Shown: positions 10,767-20,505, numbered from the stretch's first letter. The stretch is 64,000 nucleotides of DNA from a bacterium (GCA_037137535.1 JBAXKC010000011.1:1-64000), one strand, 5' to 3'. The notes: generated from the sequence alone by a model not told the origin. Program-made: numbers and translations.

Positions 10767-11786
10767 ATGACATTTAAGCCATTAAAAATAAGTGAACATA
10801 AAATAGCATTAAAGCCGATAATACAAGGCGGAATGGCTATAAGAGTCAGTACTGCTCCGTTGGCTGCTGCGGTAGCTAATTGTGGTGGGGTTGGCTTAAT
10901 TGCTGCTTCGGGTATGGCTGAAGCAGAAATTAGAGCGGAAATTCGTCTTGCCCGTAGTCTTCAACAGAATAAAACAGGTCTTATCGGTGTCAATATAATG
11001 TTTGCAGCTTCTGAATTCAGTAAGCTTGTAGAAATTGTTATTGATGAAGGTATTGACCTTATTGTATTCGGAGCAGGTTTTTCAAGGGATGTTTTTGAAC
11101 TTGGTAAAAACTCAGGTGTTCCAATTGTTCCAATTGTAAGTTCTGCAAAACTTGCTGTTATTGCTAAGAAAAAAGGAGCAACAGCTATAATTGTAGAAAG
11201 TGGTGAAGCAGGTGGGCATTTAGGTACTTGTAACACTATTAGAAATCTTATTCCTGAAGTAAGACAAGCTTTAAGTCAAATCTCTAATGGGGATGATGAA
11301 GAAGTATCTTTAATTGCTGCAGGTGGAGTAACCTCAGGATCTGATATAGTTGATGTTATGAACCTTGGTGCTAACGGTGTTCAGATGGCAACCAGATTTG
11401 TATTAAGCGAAGAGTGTACAGTTGATGATAAGTTTAAAAAACTCTATATGGAAACAACTGAAGATGAGCTTATCTTAATTACAAGTCCTGTCGGATTACA
11501 GGCTAGAGCAATAAGTACTCCTTTTTCAAGAAGTGTTGTTGATGAGACGGTTGATAAACCTAAAAAATGTACAAAGTGCTTAAAGCACTGTTCACATAGT
11601 TTTTGTATCATTAACTCATTAGATTCAGCTAGAAAAGGCGATATGGAAAAAGGTCTTTTCTTTGCAGGCGAAAATCTTGGAAAATATAAAGATATTTTAC
11701 CTGTGAAAACTATCTTCAATAATCTTGAGGAAGAAGCGAAAGCCTATAAATCAAGTTTAAAAGAAGCTACTTTGGCTAATATCTAA
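10767..11786 (+). CDS. Nitronate monooxygenase/FabK-like flavoenzyme with Cys cluster (FabX/UfaA-like)
   Basis: PIIQGGM, EAGGHLG, GVQMATRF, CTKCLKHC...FCI. Confidence 0.8.
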   Translation: MTFKPLKISEHKIALKPIIQGGMAIRVSTAPLAAAVANCGGVGLIAASGMAEAEIRAEIRLARSLQQNKTGLIGVNIMFAASEFSKLVEIVIDEGIDLIVFGAGFSRDVFELGKNSGVPIVPIVSSAKLAVIAKKKGATAIIVESGEAGGHLGTCNTIRNLIPEVRQALSQISNGDDEEVSLIAAGGVTSGSDIVDVMNLGANGVQMATRFVLSEECTVDDKFKKLYMETTEDELILITSPVGLQARAISTPFSRSVVDETVDKPKKCTKCLKHCSHSFCIINSLDSARKGDMEKGLFFAGENLGKYKDILPVKTIFNNLEEEAKAYKSSLKEATLANI

Positions 11787-11801
11787 AAATCTATCAATTA
11801 A

Positions 11802-11837
11802 AAAAAGAGTTAAGTTTTTATAAACTTAACTCTTTTT
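11802..11837. terminator. Bidirectional intrinsic terminator
   Basis: AAAAAGAGTTAAGTTT / AAACTTAACTCTTTTT inverted repeat between convergent genes. Confidence 0.8.
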
Positions 11838-11855
11838 GTTTTAAGAATAACCTTT

Positions 11856-12557
11856 TTAAATTAGTCCAAAGACTCTGCTGTATAAAATAGCTGAAAATAT
11901 AATTAAAATAATACCAAATCCTTTATTTAGTACACCTGAAAAGGAATGAAAGGATTTTGATTTTTTCATTGCTGCGACAGCACTGCCTGCAACAAATAAT
12001 ATTACGCTTTGTCCTAATGAATAAGAAAATAACATTCCTGCACCTAGTAAGATATTAGATTTCAAAGAAGAAAAAGCCATTATTGAGGCTAATATAGGTG
12101 TTGAGCAAGGACTTGCGGTTAATGCATAGATTATTCCGATTAATAAAGGAAAAATAAATAAGCTGTTTCCTTTTTTTTCGGGCATTTTCTTTATAATTGT
12201 AGGAATTGGGATTTCTAAAACTTGTAAAATATTTAATCCTAGCACTAATAATAAGGAACTAAAAATAATTATTAAAATATCGTTGTTGTAAAATCCCAGA
12301 ACTTTGCCTGCTAATGCTGCTATTACACCAAAAATTGTAACTGTTAAAGAGAGTCCTAGAAGAAAACTCAATAATTGAATATAGATATTTTTTTTATTAT
12401 CTTTAGTTCCTACAATATAACCTGTTAATACAGGGAGAAAACCTAAAGAACAAGGCGATACTGATGCAATTACACCTCCAATAAAACTAAGAGGCATTAA
12501 AAATAACAAGAAATTTCCATCCATAGATTTTGAAAATAGTGTGTTTAAAAATTCCAT
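11856..12557 (-). CDS. ccdA: Cytochrome c biogenesis/disulfide reductase CcdA (DsbD transmembrane domain)
   Basis: SPC...P and SPCSTPIL motifs in a multi-TM protein. Confidence 0.88.
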   Translation of the reverse strand: MEFLNTLFSKSMDGNFLLFLMPLSFIGGVIASVSPCSLGFLPVLTGYIVGTKDNKKNIYIQLLSFLLGLSLTVTIFGVIAALAGKVLGFYNNDILIIIFSSLLLVLGLNILQVLEIPIPTIIKKMPEKKGNSLFIFPLLIGIIYALTASPCSTPILASIMAFSSLKSNILLGAGMLFSYSLGQSVILFVAGSAVAAMKKSKSFHSFSGVLNKGFGIILIIFSAILYSRVFGLI

Positions 12558-12949
12558 TAATCTGTTATCCCTTTCAAATGGTTGTCTAATGTTTTGTCGT
12601 CCATATAACCATTAAGTATTTTTTCTTTTTTATTTTTATCAATTAAAACTAATGTTGGGACGACCTGAACATTATATTTTTTAATAAGCTTTTGTGATTC
12701 TGTGTCTTTAGATGTAATATCGATTTTAATAAAATCAATTTTACCTTCATATTTTTTTTCTAATGGAGTTAAAACTTTGTCTAAATCTTCACATTCAAGA
12801 CAGTATTTTGAACTGAAATCTATTACTTTTGGATGATTTGAAGAAATAAAGTTTATTCCTTTATTTCTTACTTGATAAAGTCCAAAATAAATCAGTAAAG
12901 GAAGTAAAAAAATAAATAATATTATTAAATTATTAGTTTCCTTTTTCAT
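12557..12949 (-). CDS. Membrane-anchored thioredoxin-family protein
   Basis: N-terminal TM helix, CLEC motif, VPT cis-Pro motif; coupled to ccdA. Confidence 0.85.
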   Translation of the reverse strand: MKKETNNLIILFIFLLPLLIYFGLYQVRNKGINFISSNHPKVIDFSSKYCLECEDLDKVLTPLEKKYEGKIDFIKIDITSKDTESQKLIKKYNVQVVPTLVLIDKNKKEKILNGYMDDKTLDNHLKGITD

Positions 12950-13075
12950 AATTCACCTCCGTTAACATTATTATACACTTTTTTAAATTGTATTTATTAA
13001 TCATTCCTCTAAAGGAAAAAATTAACTTTTTATGCTAGTTTATTCAAATAAACATACTACAAAGAGGAATAAATA

Positions 13076-13735
13076 ATGCTTATTTTAAAACTTTTATCTA
13101 TATTAAAATATAATCCATTATTATTTTTTGTTGCTGTTTTTTTTATTTTATTTCCCTTAATAATAAGTATAACCATTCATGAATGGGCACATGGTTTTGT
13201 AGCATATAAGTTAGGTGATAATACTCCTAAGCTTAGTGGTAGATTAACCTTAAATCCACTTGCTCATATTGACTTAATCGGGACAATAATGCTTTTTGTT
13301 GTCGGCATCGGTTGGGCAAAGCCTGTACCTATAAACACAGCTAATTTAAAAAATAAATATAATGTTGCTTTAGTTGGAGTAGCTGGTCCTTTAAGTAATG
13401 TTATTTTAGCAGTTTTATTTAGCATTATTGGAGTTATTTGTTTTAAATTTAAAAATAATAATATTTTTTATTTTATTACTTTGATCTCAATTTATCTTAC
13501 ACAGATAAATTTTTTGTTAGCTTTATTTAATCTTATGCCAATTCCGCCGCTTGACGGTTCGAGAATAATTTCAGCAATATTACCTGAGAAGTTACAAAAT
13601 TTATATTCAAAAATTGAACGGTATGGTTTTATAATAATCATAGCAATTGCTTTTAATGGAGGATTTAGTGTTATATTAACTTTTTCTAGATTTCTCCAAA
13701 ATTTATTATATTTATTTTTAAATAAAATTATTTGA
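13076..13735 (+). CDS. Site-2 protease (M50 family)
   Basis: HEWAH, AGPLSN, FNLMPIPPLDG. Confidence 0.92.
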   Translation: MLILKLLSILKYNPLLFFVAVFFILFPLIISITIHEWAHGFVAYKLGDNTPKLSGRLTLNPLAHIDLIGTIMLFVVGIGWAKPVPINTANLKNKYNVALVGVAGPLSNVILAVLFSIIGVICFKFKNNNIFYFITLISIYLTQINFLLALFNLMPIPPLDGSRIISAILPEKLQNLYSKIERYGFIIIIAIAFNGGFSVILTFSRFLQNLLYLFLNKII

Positions 13736-13740
13736 TGATA

Positions 13741-13787
13741 TAAACAATCAAGGCAAAGACTATATTAATCTTTACCTTGATTGTTTA
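13741..13787. terminator. Bidirectional terminator-like hairpin
   Basis: TAAACAATCAAGG...CCTTGATTGTTTA between convergent genes. Confidence 0.7.
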
Positions 13788-13802
13788 TTATTAAAACTTA
13801 TT

Positions 13803-14792
13803 TTAAATTAGTGAATTTAAGCTTTTTTCTTTGTTATTCAAAGCAATAATAATATTTTTAAAATACTGTCTAATTGGTTTTATTAATCTTTGTGGCAATA
13901 ATCTCATAATAATAAGTTTTAATATTCCATTAAATTTATCTTTTTCAAGTAATAATTCAGGATATATTGATATTGCTTTGAATAAATATTTAAAGGCATC
14001 TTTGTATTCTAAAAGATTTCTTGCAACGCCTAATGAGTAAAAATATCTATAAGCATAGGCTTTCCGTTTAATATTATTAATGGGAAATACAGGCGTTTTA
14101 AATTCTCTATCAAGAATGTTCAATAAACTTTCAAGCATTTTTTTATAATTTTTTGAAAGGCTAATTGAATATATACGATATTGAACTAAATAATCGTTTA
14201 CTCCTACAAGGTCATATTCTCTTGCAATTCTAATCCAAATATCCCAATCTTCACTAACAAATAAATTTGGATTAAAATAACCAATCTTATTGAAGCATTC
14301 TTTTTTAATAAGTGGAACGCTACCATTATCAACATAGTTGCCGAGAATTAAATTTTTATAATAATCATTATTGATTTTATATTCTTTACGACCTATTGTT
14401 CTGTTATTTTCATCAATATATTTAACCCACCCAAAGGATAAACCTGCCTTTGGATTTTGCTTCAATGCATGTAACTGTAATTCAAGTTTTTTATGAAACC
14501 ATAAATCATCAGAATCAATAAAAGCTATATAATCACCTTGTGATAATGCAATGCCTGTATTTCTTGCAACGCTTGGACCTGCATTAGTCTGATAAAAGTA
14601 TTTAACTCTTTCATCTGAAGAAAAACTTTTTACTATTTCTTCAGTTTTATCGTTCGAGCCATCATCAACAATAATAAATTCAAAATTTTTAAAAGATTGA
14701 TTTAAAACTGAGATTATTGCGGAGCTGATATATTTTTCTCCGTTAAATACAGGCATTATTACAGATATTTCAGGTTTTATTTGAGTTGACAT
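13803..14792 (-). CDS. Glycosyltransferase family 2
   Basis: SVIMPVFN, VDDGS, ARNTG, FIDSDD, EDWD. Confidence 0.9.
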   Translation of the reverse strand: MSTQIKPEISVIMPVFNGEKYISSAIISVLNQSFKNFEFIIVDDGSNDKTEEIVKSFSSDERVKYFYQTNAGPSVARNTGIALSQGDYIAFIDSDDLWFHKKLELQLHALKQNPKAGLSFGWVKYIDENNRTIGRKEYKINNDYYKNLILGNYVDNGSVPLIKKECFNKIGYFNPNLFVSEDWDIWIRIAREYDLVGVNDYLVQYRIYSISLSKNYKKMLESLLNILDREFKTPVFPINNIKRKAYAYRYFYSLGVARNLLEYKDAFKYLFKAISIYPELLLEKDKFNGILKLIIMRLLPQRLIKPIRQYFKNIIIALNNKEKSLNSLI

Positions 14793-14905
14793 TTTTTAAA
14801 ACCCCCGTATATTATGAAGCAATTTTAAAAAATGAGATAAGATGTTGCAATTAGTCTATAAGCTATACAATTGGATAGCTATAAAGTTTATAGAATAATT
14901 TTAGT

Positions 14906-14947
14906 TATTTCTATATATTTTTGATAATTTAAAACTTAATAATAATT
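14906..14947 (+). repeat. 42-bp AT-rich intergenic direct repeat, copy 1
   Basis: TATTTCTATATATTTTTGATAATTTAAAACTTAATAATAATT; same as 47443-47483 except for one extra G. Confidence 0.75.
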
Positions 14948-14951
14948 AAAT

Positions 14952-15350
14952 TATTCTAAATCAAGTTGTTATGTTTTTTATAAGAAATTAAATAAAGAAT
15001 TTATGCTAATCGACCGATTTGCTTTTTTTTTCAAGAACTATTTTGTTTGGAATAACTCAAAGAGAAAGAAAAGAAACCCGAGCGCTTAAAGCTGCTATGT
15101 TTTTGTTTTTACGTCCTTTTTATTTTTTGAAAAATAAAAAGGACGTCGATGGATTTAGACATCGAAATCTTACAGCAACAAAAATTATATACATGTAAAA
15201 ACACATGGTTAAGTCGATTGGTTCGATTCGCTCACAATGACAATTTTTTTTGACTTTAGACCTCTGAATTTTCTTATGATGAAAAAATTTGGTCAATATT
15301 GAAATAAGTTTTGCGTGATGTTTTGTCAATTATTTTGTTGTAGAGGTATC
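14952..15350 (+). mobile_element. MITE-like repeat, degenerate full-length copy A
   Basis: Colinear with the reverse complement of 16744-17131 (e.g. AGCTGCTATGTTTTT, AAAAATAAAAAG, TTCGCTCACAA, CTTTAGAC); decayed terminal repeats, so end coordinates are approximate. Confidence 0.75.
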
Positions 15351-15352
15351 TA

Positions 15353-16636
15353 TTAATTTTTTTGAGCTGCATCTTGCGCTTGTTTTGCATAAAGTTCTGA
15401 TAATAATATCGAATCGCCTATATTTCTCACAACAAGAGCATCATTATTAATTCCTGCAAATAAAGAACCTGCAGTTTTTGTTAAAATACCTGAAATTAAC
15501 AGCATTTTTTCTTTGGGGTCTTTTTCGGATGATTTTACCCATATACCACCACAATCCATAACAGTACCTACCGTTGCAGCTATGTTTGCAGCTAATTTTA
15601 CTTCATTAGATGGAATAACAGCTGTATACATTAACATTCCTCCACCTATCTGTGTAACCATAGAGGACCATCTTTTTAATTCACGGAATGTTTTACTCAT
15701 AGATTTTGGGTCGTCTATATCAGCAATATCTACAGCAGTAGGCGGTTTATTACGTTCAGCTTTTATACATTCGGCGGTCTGTCTTAATAACTTTACAGGT
15801 GCATGTATTACTTTTGCTTCATCTTCAAGCATAAATTGTGCTAATTCTTTAGTTTTATTTAAATCTTCTAATATCTCTTTTTGTGACTCTTTATCAAATG
15901 GATCTTTTAGAAATTCAAATGTCCTTTTATATACTTGAGGATCAAACAGATAATCAAAATCAAACTCACGAGGTTTTGCTTCTTTTTCAATATGCTCATT
16001 TCTTGCAAAATTTGCATAGCCTGCATTTATGGCCGCTATTGAAAGATACATAGCCGCTTTCGGAGCTACAGAGTGTGGTAAAAGTATCATAAGAGGTGTA
16101 TCTAAAACTAGTGCAAGTCCTCCTAGTGCTGCTGTCGGTTGTTTGTTTTCCTTTCCGAATGTCGCAAATTGACAGCCTTTAAGCCCAAGAGCGCCAATAT
16201 TCATTGCTGTCCAACCACCTGTTTCTAAAATATTTCCTAAAGTGGAGATCATTTCTTTAGCTTGCATGTGATAAATAGCAGACATAGGATCTGTATTTTT
16301 AATATTAGTGTTTTGTACTATTGTTGTAGGGTTATTAGGTTGAATATTAGGTATAAAGGGAGTATTAGCAGGTGTAGACGGCATTTGTCCCGCAAAAAAT
16401 TGTAAACCTGCTCCTAGTACATATCCGCTTGCTCCTATTTTTATAAAATTTGCTGCATTTTCTCCAAAAGCAGCTGAAGTGCTACCTTTATGCGTGATCT
16501 CCATGTCTTTATTTTTTTCCGGAGGCTCTTTTGTGTTTAACTCTAATTCTTCTGAAGCACCTTTAAAGGTTACTTTTTTCTGTTGAGTTACCATTGGGTT
16601 ATACATTCTAGAATATAAATTAGAGTTCATTAACAT
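15353..16636 (-). CDS. Orphan protein with N-terminal VTFKG leader and several Gly-rich hydrophobic segments
   Basis: 427-aa ORF, AGGGAG RBS; no family recognised. Confidence 0.8.
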   Translation of the reverse strand: MLMNSNLYSRMYNPMVTQQKKVTFKGASEELELNTKEPPEKNKDMEITHKGSTSAAFGENAANFIKIGASGYVLGAGLQFFAGQMPSTPANTPFIPNIQPNNPTTIVQNTNIKNTDPMSAIYHMQAKEMISTLGNILETGGWTAMNIGALGLKGCQFATFGKENKQPTAALGGLALVLDTPLMILLPHSVAPKAAMYLSIAAINAGYANFARNEHIEKEAKPREFDFDYLFDPQVYKRTFEFLKDPFDKESQKEILEDLNKTKELAQFMLEDEAKVIHAPVKLLRQTAECIKAERNKPPTAVDIADIDDPKSMSKTFRELKRWSSMVTQIGGGMLMYTAVIPSNEVKLAANIAATVGTVMDCGGIWVKSSEKDPKEKMLLISGILTKTAGSLFAGINNDALVVRNIGDSILLSELYAKQAQDAAQKN

Positions 16637-16743
16637 TAGTTTCTCCCTTTTAAAGCAAATTTGTATTTAAATAATCCAGCATATTTGAATACGAGCTTTA
16701 AAACGTCTAAAATTAATTGTTGCTAGTAAATTAATGTAACTTC

Positions 16744-17131
16744 TCTGCCTGTCCAATAAAATAATTGATAAAAGGTCATGCTAAATTTGGTTCGATAGTG
16801 ATTAAATTCTTTCATTACAAGAAAGATGTCTAAAGCCAAAAAAATCATCTTTGTGAGCGAAGTAAAGCAATCGCCTTAAGCCTTAGTTTTTACCTGTAAA
16901 TTCTCTTTGTTTCAGTAATATTTCGATGCCTTTAAGACATCGACTCACTTTTTATTTTTCGAAAAATAAAAAAGGAGTAAAAACAAAAAACATAGCAGCT
17001 CTGACCGCTACTGGCTTCTTTTCTTACTCCTTGAGTTGTTTTATACAAAATGATTTTCGAGAAAAGAAGCAAACCGCTCGGGTAGTGCGCTTTTAAAATT
17101 CAATTATCAATAAATAAGTTGGATTGGTATA
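16744..17131 (-). mobile_element. MITE-like repeat, full-length copy B (inverted relative to A)
   Basis: Right end GTTGGATTGGTATA is the reverse complement of TATACCAATCCAAC; left end decayed (TCTGCCTGTCC); homologous to copies A, C and D. Confidence 0.8.
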
Positions 17132-17147
17132 AGTTAATTTATTAAAA

Positions 17148-18557
17148 TTATTCAAATTTTATATTTTTAACAAATTCAATAGCCTGATCATAATTATTAA
17201 TATCTCCACTAATTTGAGCTTCATTAAGAGCTTTTAATACTATTCCCACTTTAGGCCCTTTATTTATGTTTAATAGCTTCATAACATCATCTCCGCTGAT
17301 TAATTTTGGAATTGTAATCATGTTTTCAGAGATATTATGATATTTTTCTAATAATTCCTGCAATCCGCTAATATTTTTATTAACAATATCATCGGTTATT
17401 TCAGCCCCTCTTGCACTTAATCTGTCGGCCATAGCAATTATTATAAGCTCAGGAACTTCTTTTTCTATTCGTCTGTAAAATCTTAATATTGATTTTTCGG
17501 TTATAGTTTCTTCTTTTAAGATTTGAGAAGGATAAAGATGAAATTTAATCAGTTTTTCAATTACTTTTATAGCCACTTTACTGAACGTCATTCTCCTTAA
17601 TAGAGGCAAAGCTAATCCTGCACCGATTTCTTCGTGCTTTATGAAGCGGTGTCGTCCTTCTTCGTCAATTGTCCATGTATCGGGTTTTCCCAAGTCATGT
17701 AATAATGCAGCTATTTTTAGTAAGGATAAACGAGTTGAACCATATACAATTTCTTCGTTCAAATGTTCTTTTACCCAATCAGGTGAATCTTTAACCATTA
17801 TTTCAAGCTGTTTCACGACTTCTATTGAATGTTCAATTAAAGGCAAATGATGATGAAGATTAGGCGGCACTTTTAATTGAGGGGACATTTCAGGGAATAT
17901 TTCAAAAAGAAAAGCTGTTTCTTTCATTAAGAATAAATTTTCTGCGGAAAAAGCCCCTTCAAATAACTTTATTAATTCTGCTTTAACACGTTCAATCGCA
18001 ACATTATGTATTAAAGATTGGTGTTTTTTTATTAGTAATAAAGTATCTTCTTCTATTGAAAAACCTGTTTGAGCAGCGCATCTATAAGCTCTTAAAATTC
18101 TTAATGGATCATCAATAATATTTTTTTCAGATATTGCAGTTATCTTTTTATTATTAAGGTCATCAACCCCATTAAATAAATCTATAAATTTATTATCATT
18201 TAGAGAAAAAGCCATAGCATTAATCGTAAAATCTCTGCGTTCCAGATCTTTTAAAATATCATTATTTAATGCCGCCGCAAAATCTAAAGTCGTTTTTTTA
18301 TCTTCTAAAACTATTCTTGCAATATCATAATGTTCATCAAGAGGAACAAAATAACCGTTTAATTTTTCAGCCATTTTCTTGGCAAAATCAAAGGCTTTAA
18401 CGCCTGTTAATACATAATCGGTATCAAGCCAGTCTTTTTTTAACAAAAAATCTCTTATTGTTCCGCCAACAACCCAAATTTTGGAATTTTCGTCCATTTC
18501 TTCGAGTATAGATTTATTTATTTCATCATTTATAAAAAAATTAAAGTTCATATTCAT
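17148..18557 (-). CDS. cca: tRNA nucleotidyltransferase with HD domain, probably CC-adding type
   Basis: VGGTIRD, DTD, DLERRDFTINAMA, DPLRILRAYR, LHDLGK; start probably ATG 18557 or 18551. Confidence 0.88.
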   Translation of the reverse strand: MNMNFNFFINDEINKSILEEMDENSKIWVVGGTIRDFLLKKDWLDTDYVLTGVKAFDFAKKMAEKLNGYFVPLDEHYDIARIVLEDKKTTLDFAAALNNDILKDLERRDFTINAMAFSLNDNKFIDLFNGVDDLNNKKITAISEKNIIDDPLRILRAYRCAAQTGFSIEEDTLLLIKKHQSLIHNVAIERVKAELIKLFEGAFSAENLFLMKETAFLFEIFPEMSPQLKVPPNLHHHLPLIEHSIEVVKQLEIMVKDSPDWVKEHLNEEIVYGSTRLSLLKIAALLHDLGKPDTWTIDEEGRHRFIKHEEIGAGLALPLLRRMTFSKVAIKVIEKLIKFHLYPSQILKEETITEKSILRFYRRIEKEVPELIIIAMADRLSARGAEITDDIVNKNISGLQELLEKYHNISENMITIPKLISGDDVMKLLNINKGPKVGIVLKALNEAQISGDINNYDQAIEFVKNIKFE

Positions 18558-19290
18558 ATATAACCTGTGATAATGCTGATACAACGGCTGTTTCTGCTCT
18601 TAAAATTAAATTTCCCAAAGATATAAGTGGCAAGTTTTCTTTATTGAATAAATCAAATTCTTCATTGGACCATCCGCCTTCCGGGCCGATAATTATGAGA
18701 ATATTCTTTATATTGTTATTTTGCTTTTTGAAATCAGTAAGAAATTGCCTTAATGTTAAGTCATCATTTCTTTCGGCGCATACAAACCTTAAATCGTAGT
18801 CTTTAAGATTCAAGGCTTCTTTTAATGTCAAAATATTCTCTATTATCGGAACATCGAGTCTTTCACATTGTTTTACGGATTCATAGGCTATTTTTTGCCA
18901 TCTTTCAATTTTTTGTTCTTTATCTTTGTCTGAAAAAAGTTTTACTACTGTATTTTTGCTGATGATTGGAATTATTTTATCAACACCCAATTCAGTAGCT
19001 TTTTGTATTATCAGATCTTGTTTTTGTCCTTTAAGTATTGACTGTATAAGGGTTATACGTGTATTCAATGTTCTTTTGATTTTATTTTTTGAAATTACTT
19101 TAAGTTCAACTAAAGTTTTATTTATTTTGCTAATTTTAGCGTTAAATGAAAAATTATCTTTTAATGCGGCTAATATTTCATCATTTTCTCTTAATCTTAA
19201 AACGGATGAAATGTGCTTTATATCTTCAATATCAGTTATATAAGCCTTTGTATTATCTTCACTTATTGAACTTACAAAAAATTGTGGCAT
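18541..19290 (-). CDS. rsmE: 16S rRNA m3U1498 methyltransferase
   Basis: HISSVLRL, QKATELGV, IGPEGG, LGNLILRAETA. Confidence 0.96.
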   Translation of the reverse strand: MPQFFVSSISEDNTKAYITDIEDIKHISSVLRLRENDEILAALKDNFSFNAKISKINKTLVELKVISKNKIKRTLNTRITLIQSILKGQKQDLIIQKATELGVDKIIPIISKNTVVKLFSDKDKEQKIERWQKIAYESVKQCERLDVPIIENILTLKEALNLKDYDLRFVCAERNDDLTLRQFLTDFKKQNNNIKNILIIIGPEGGWSNEEFDLFNKENLPLISLGNLILRAETAVVSALSQVIYEYEL

Positions 19291-19413
19291 ATTTATCCTC
19301 TCATATAAAGAAATATAACGATTATAAAAGCTATATCATTTTATTATAAAGCTTATTGACTTGTTTAGATTATTTCATTCTCCTCCATATAGAGGATATT
19401 AGCTATACTATAC

Positions 19414-19440
19414 TAAAGTTTAAAAAATGTGTACCGATAG
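19414..19440 (+). promoter_or_regulatory. sigma28 (FliA/SigD)-type promoter of flagellin
   Basis: TAAA-N15-ACCGATAG versus consensus TAAA-N15-GCCGATAA, upstream of fliC. Confidence 0.8.
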
Positions 19441-19608
19441 TTTAAGTATGAGAAGAAAATACCAAACAAAAAAAAATTAAAGGTTTGTAAGTTTAATCTC
19501 TAAACCAGTAAGAATTTATAGTAAGAAAAGTAGAGGCAATACCCTCTCACGAGGGAAATTGCAATGCAGAAAAACAGGGAAGATAGTAAGTAACAGGGAG
19601 TGACATTT

Positions 19609-20460
19609 ATGTCGATTGTAGTGAATAACAACATTGCGTCGCTTCTGGCTCAAAGAAACTTAAGCCAAAGCACGTCTAGTTTAACCAAATCCATCGAAAG
19701 ATTATCATCAGGGTACAAAATTAACAAAGCATCTGATGATGCAGCAGGTCTTTCAATATCTGAAAATTTAAGAGGACAGATCAGAGGTAATGTTCAAGCA
19801 ATGAGTAACGTTCAAAACGGTACAAACTTGCTTCAAGTAGCAGAATCCGGTTTATCCACAATTAATGACCACATTCAAAGAATTAGAGAATTATGCATTC
19901 AAGCAGCGAATGATACAAATGCAACAGCAGAAAAAGCAGCAATTTTAGAAGAAATTACACAAAGAACTGCTGATATTTCAAGAATTGCAAAAGCAACAAG
20001 ATTTAATAACATATTTTTACTTGACGGTAGCAAAAGTGCACCTAATTCAGCTGTAATTCAAGTAGGTCCTAATGCTGAAACCTCAACTTGCACAATTGAT
20101 ATTGGAACTGTATTAACTGACAGTAGAGCAACAACAATCGGTGTTAATATTGATATTGCAGCAAGTGACTGGACTGGAGTAAAAATTAGAAGTTTCTTAG
20201 GTAAAATTGATGCCTCATTAAAAGATATTTCGTCAAAACGTTCTAAAATTGGTGCGCTTCAAAATAGACTTGATGCTGCATTAGATAACTTAACAGTTAC
20301 AAATGAAAATATGACTGCGTCTGAATCAAGAATTAGAGATGTAGATGTAGCTAAAGAATCTGCGAATATGACCAAGTATAAGATATTACAACAAGCGTCA
20401 GCAAGCGTTCTTACTCAAGCTAATCAACTACCTGAACTTGCTTTAAAACTACTCGGTTAA
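19609..20460 (+). CDS. fliC: Flagellin (short, essentially D0/D1 only)
   Basis: ERLSSGYKINKASDDAAGL, IGALQNRL, SRIRDVDVAKE, VLTQANQ; ATG 19609 with AGGGAG RBS. Confidence 0.96.
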   Translation: MSIVVNNNIASLLAQRNLSQSTSSLTKSIERLSSGYKINKASDDAAGLSISENLRGQIRGNVQAMSNVQNGTNLLQVAESGLSTINDHIQRIRELCIQAANDTNATAEKAAILEEITQRTADISRIAKATRFNNIFLLDGSKSAPNSAVIQVGPNAETSTCTIDIGTVLTDSRATTIGVNIDIAASDWTGVKIRSFLGKIDASLKDISSKRSKIGALQNRLDAALDNLTVTNENMTASESRIRDVDVAKESANMTKYKILQQASASVLTQANQLPELALKLLG

Positions 20461-20505
20461 TAAAATTCCCCTTCTTACTAAACAAATCCCTGTATAAAAA
20501 TTCCC

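Noticed and set aside
15120-15329. 69-aa ORF containing CHCER
   Set aside because: Lies inside MITE copy A and is a translation of the repeat, not a credible gene
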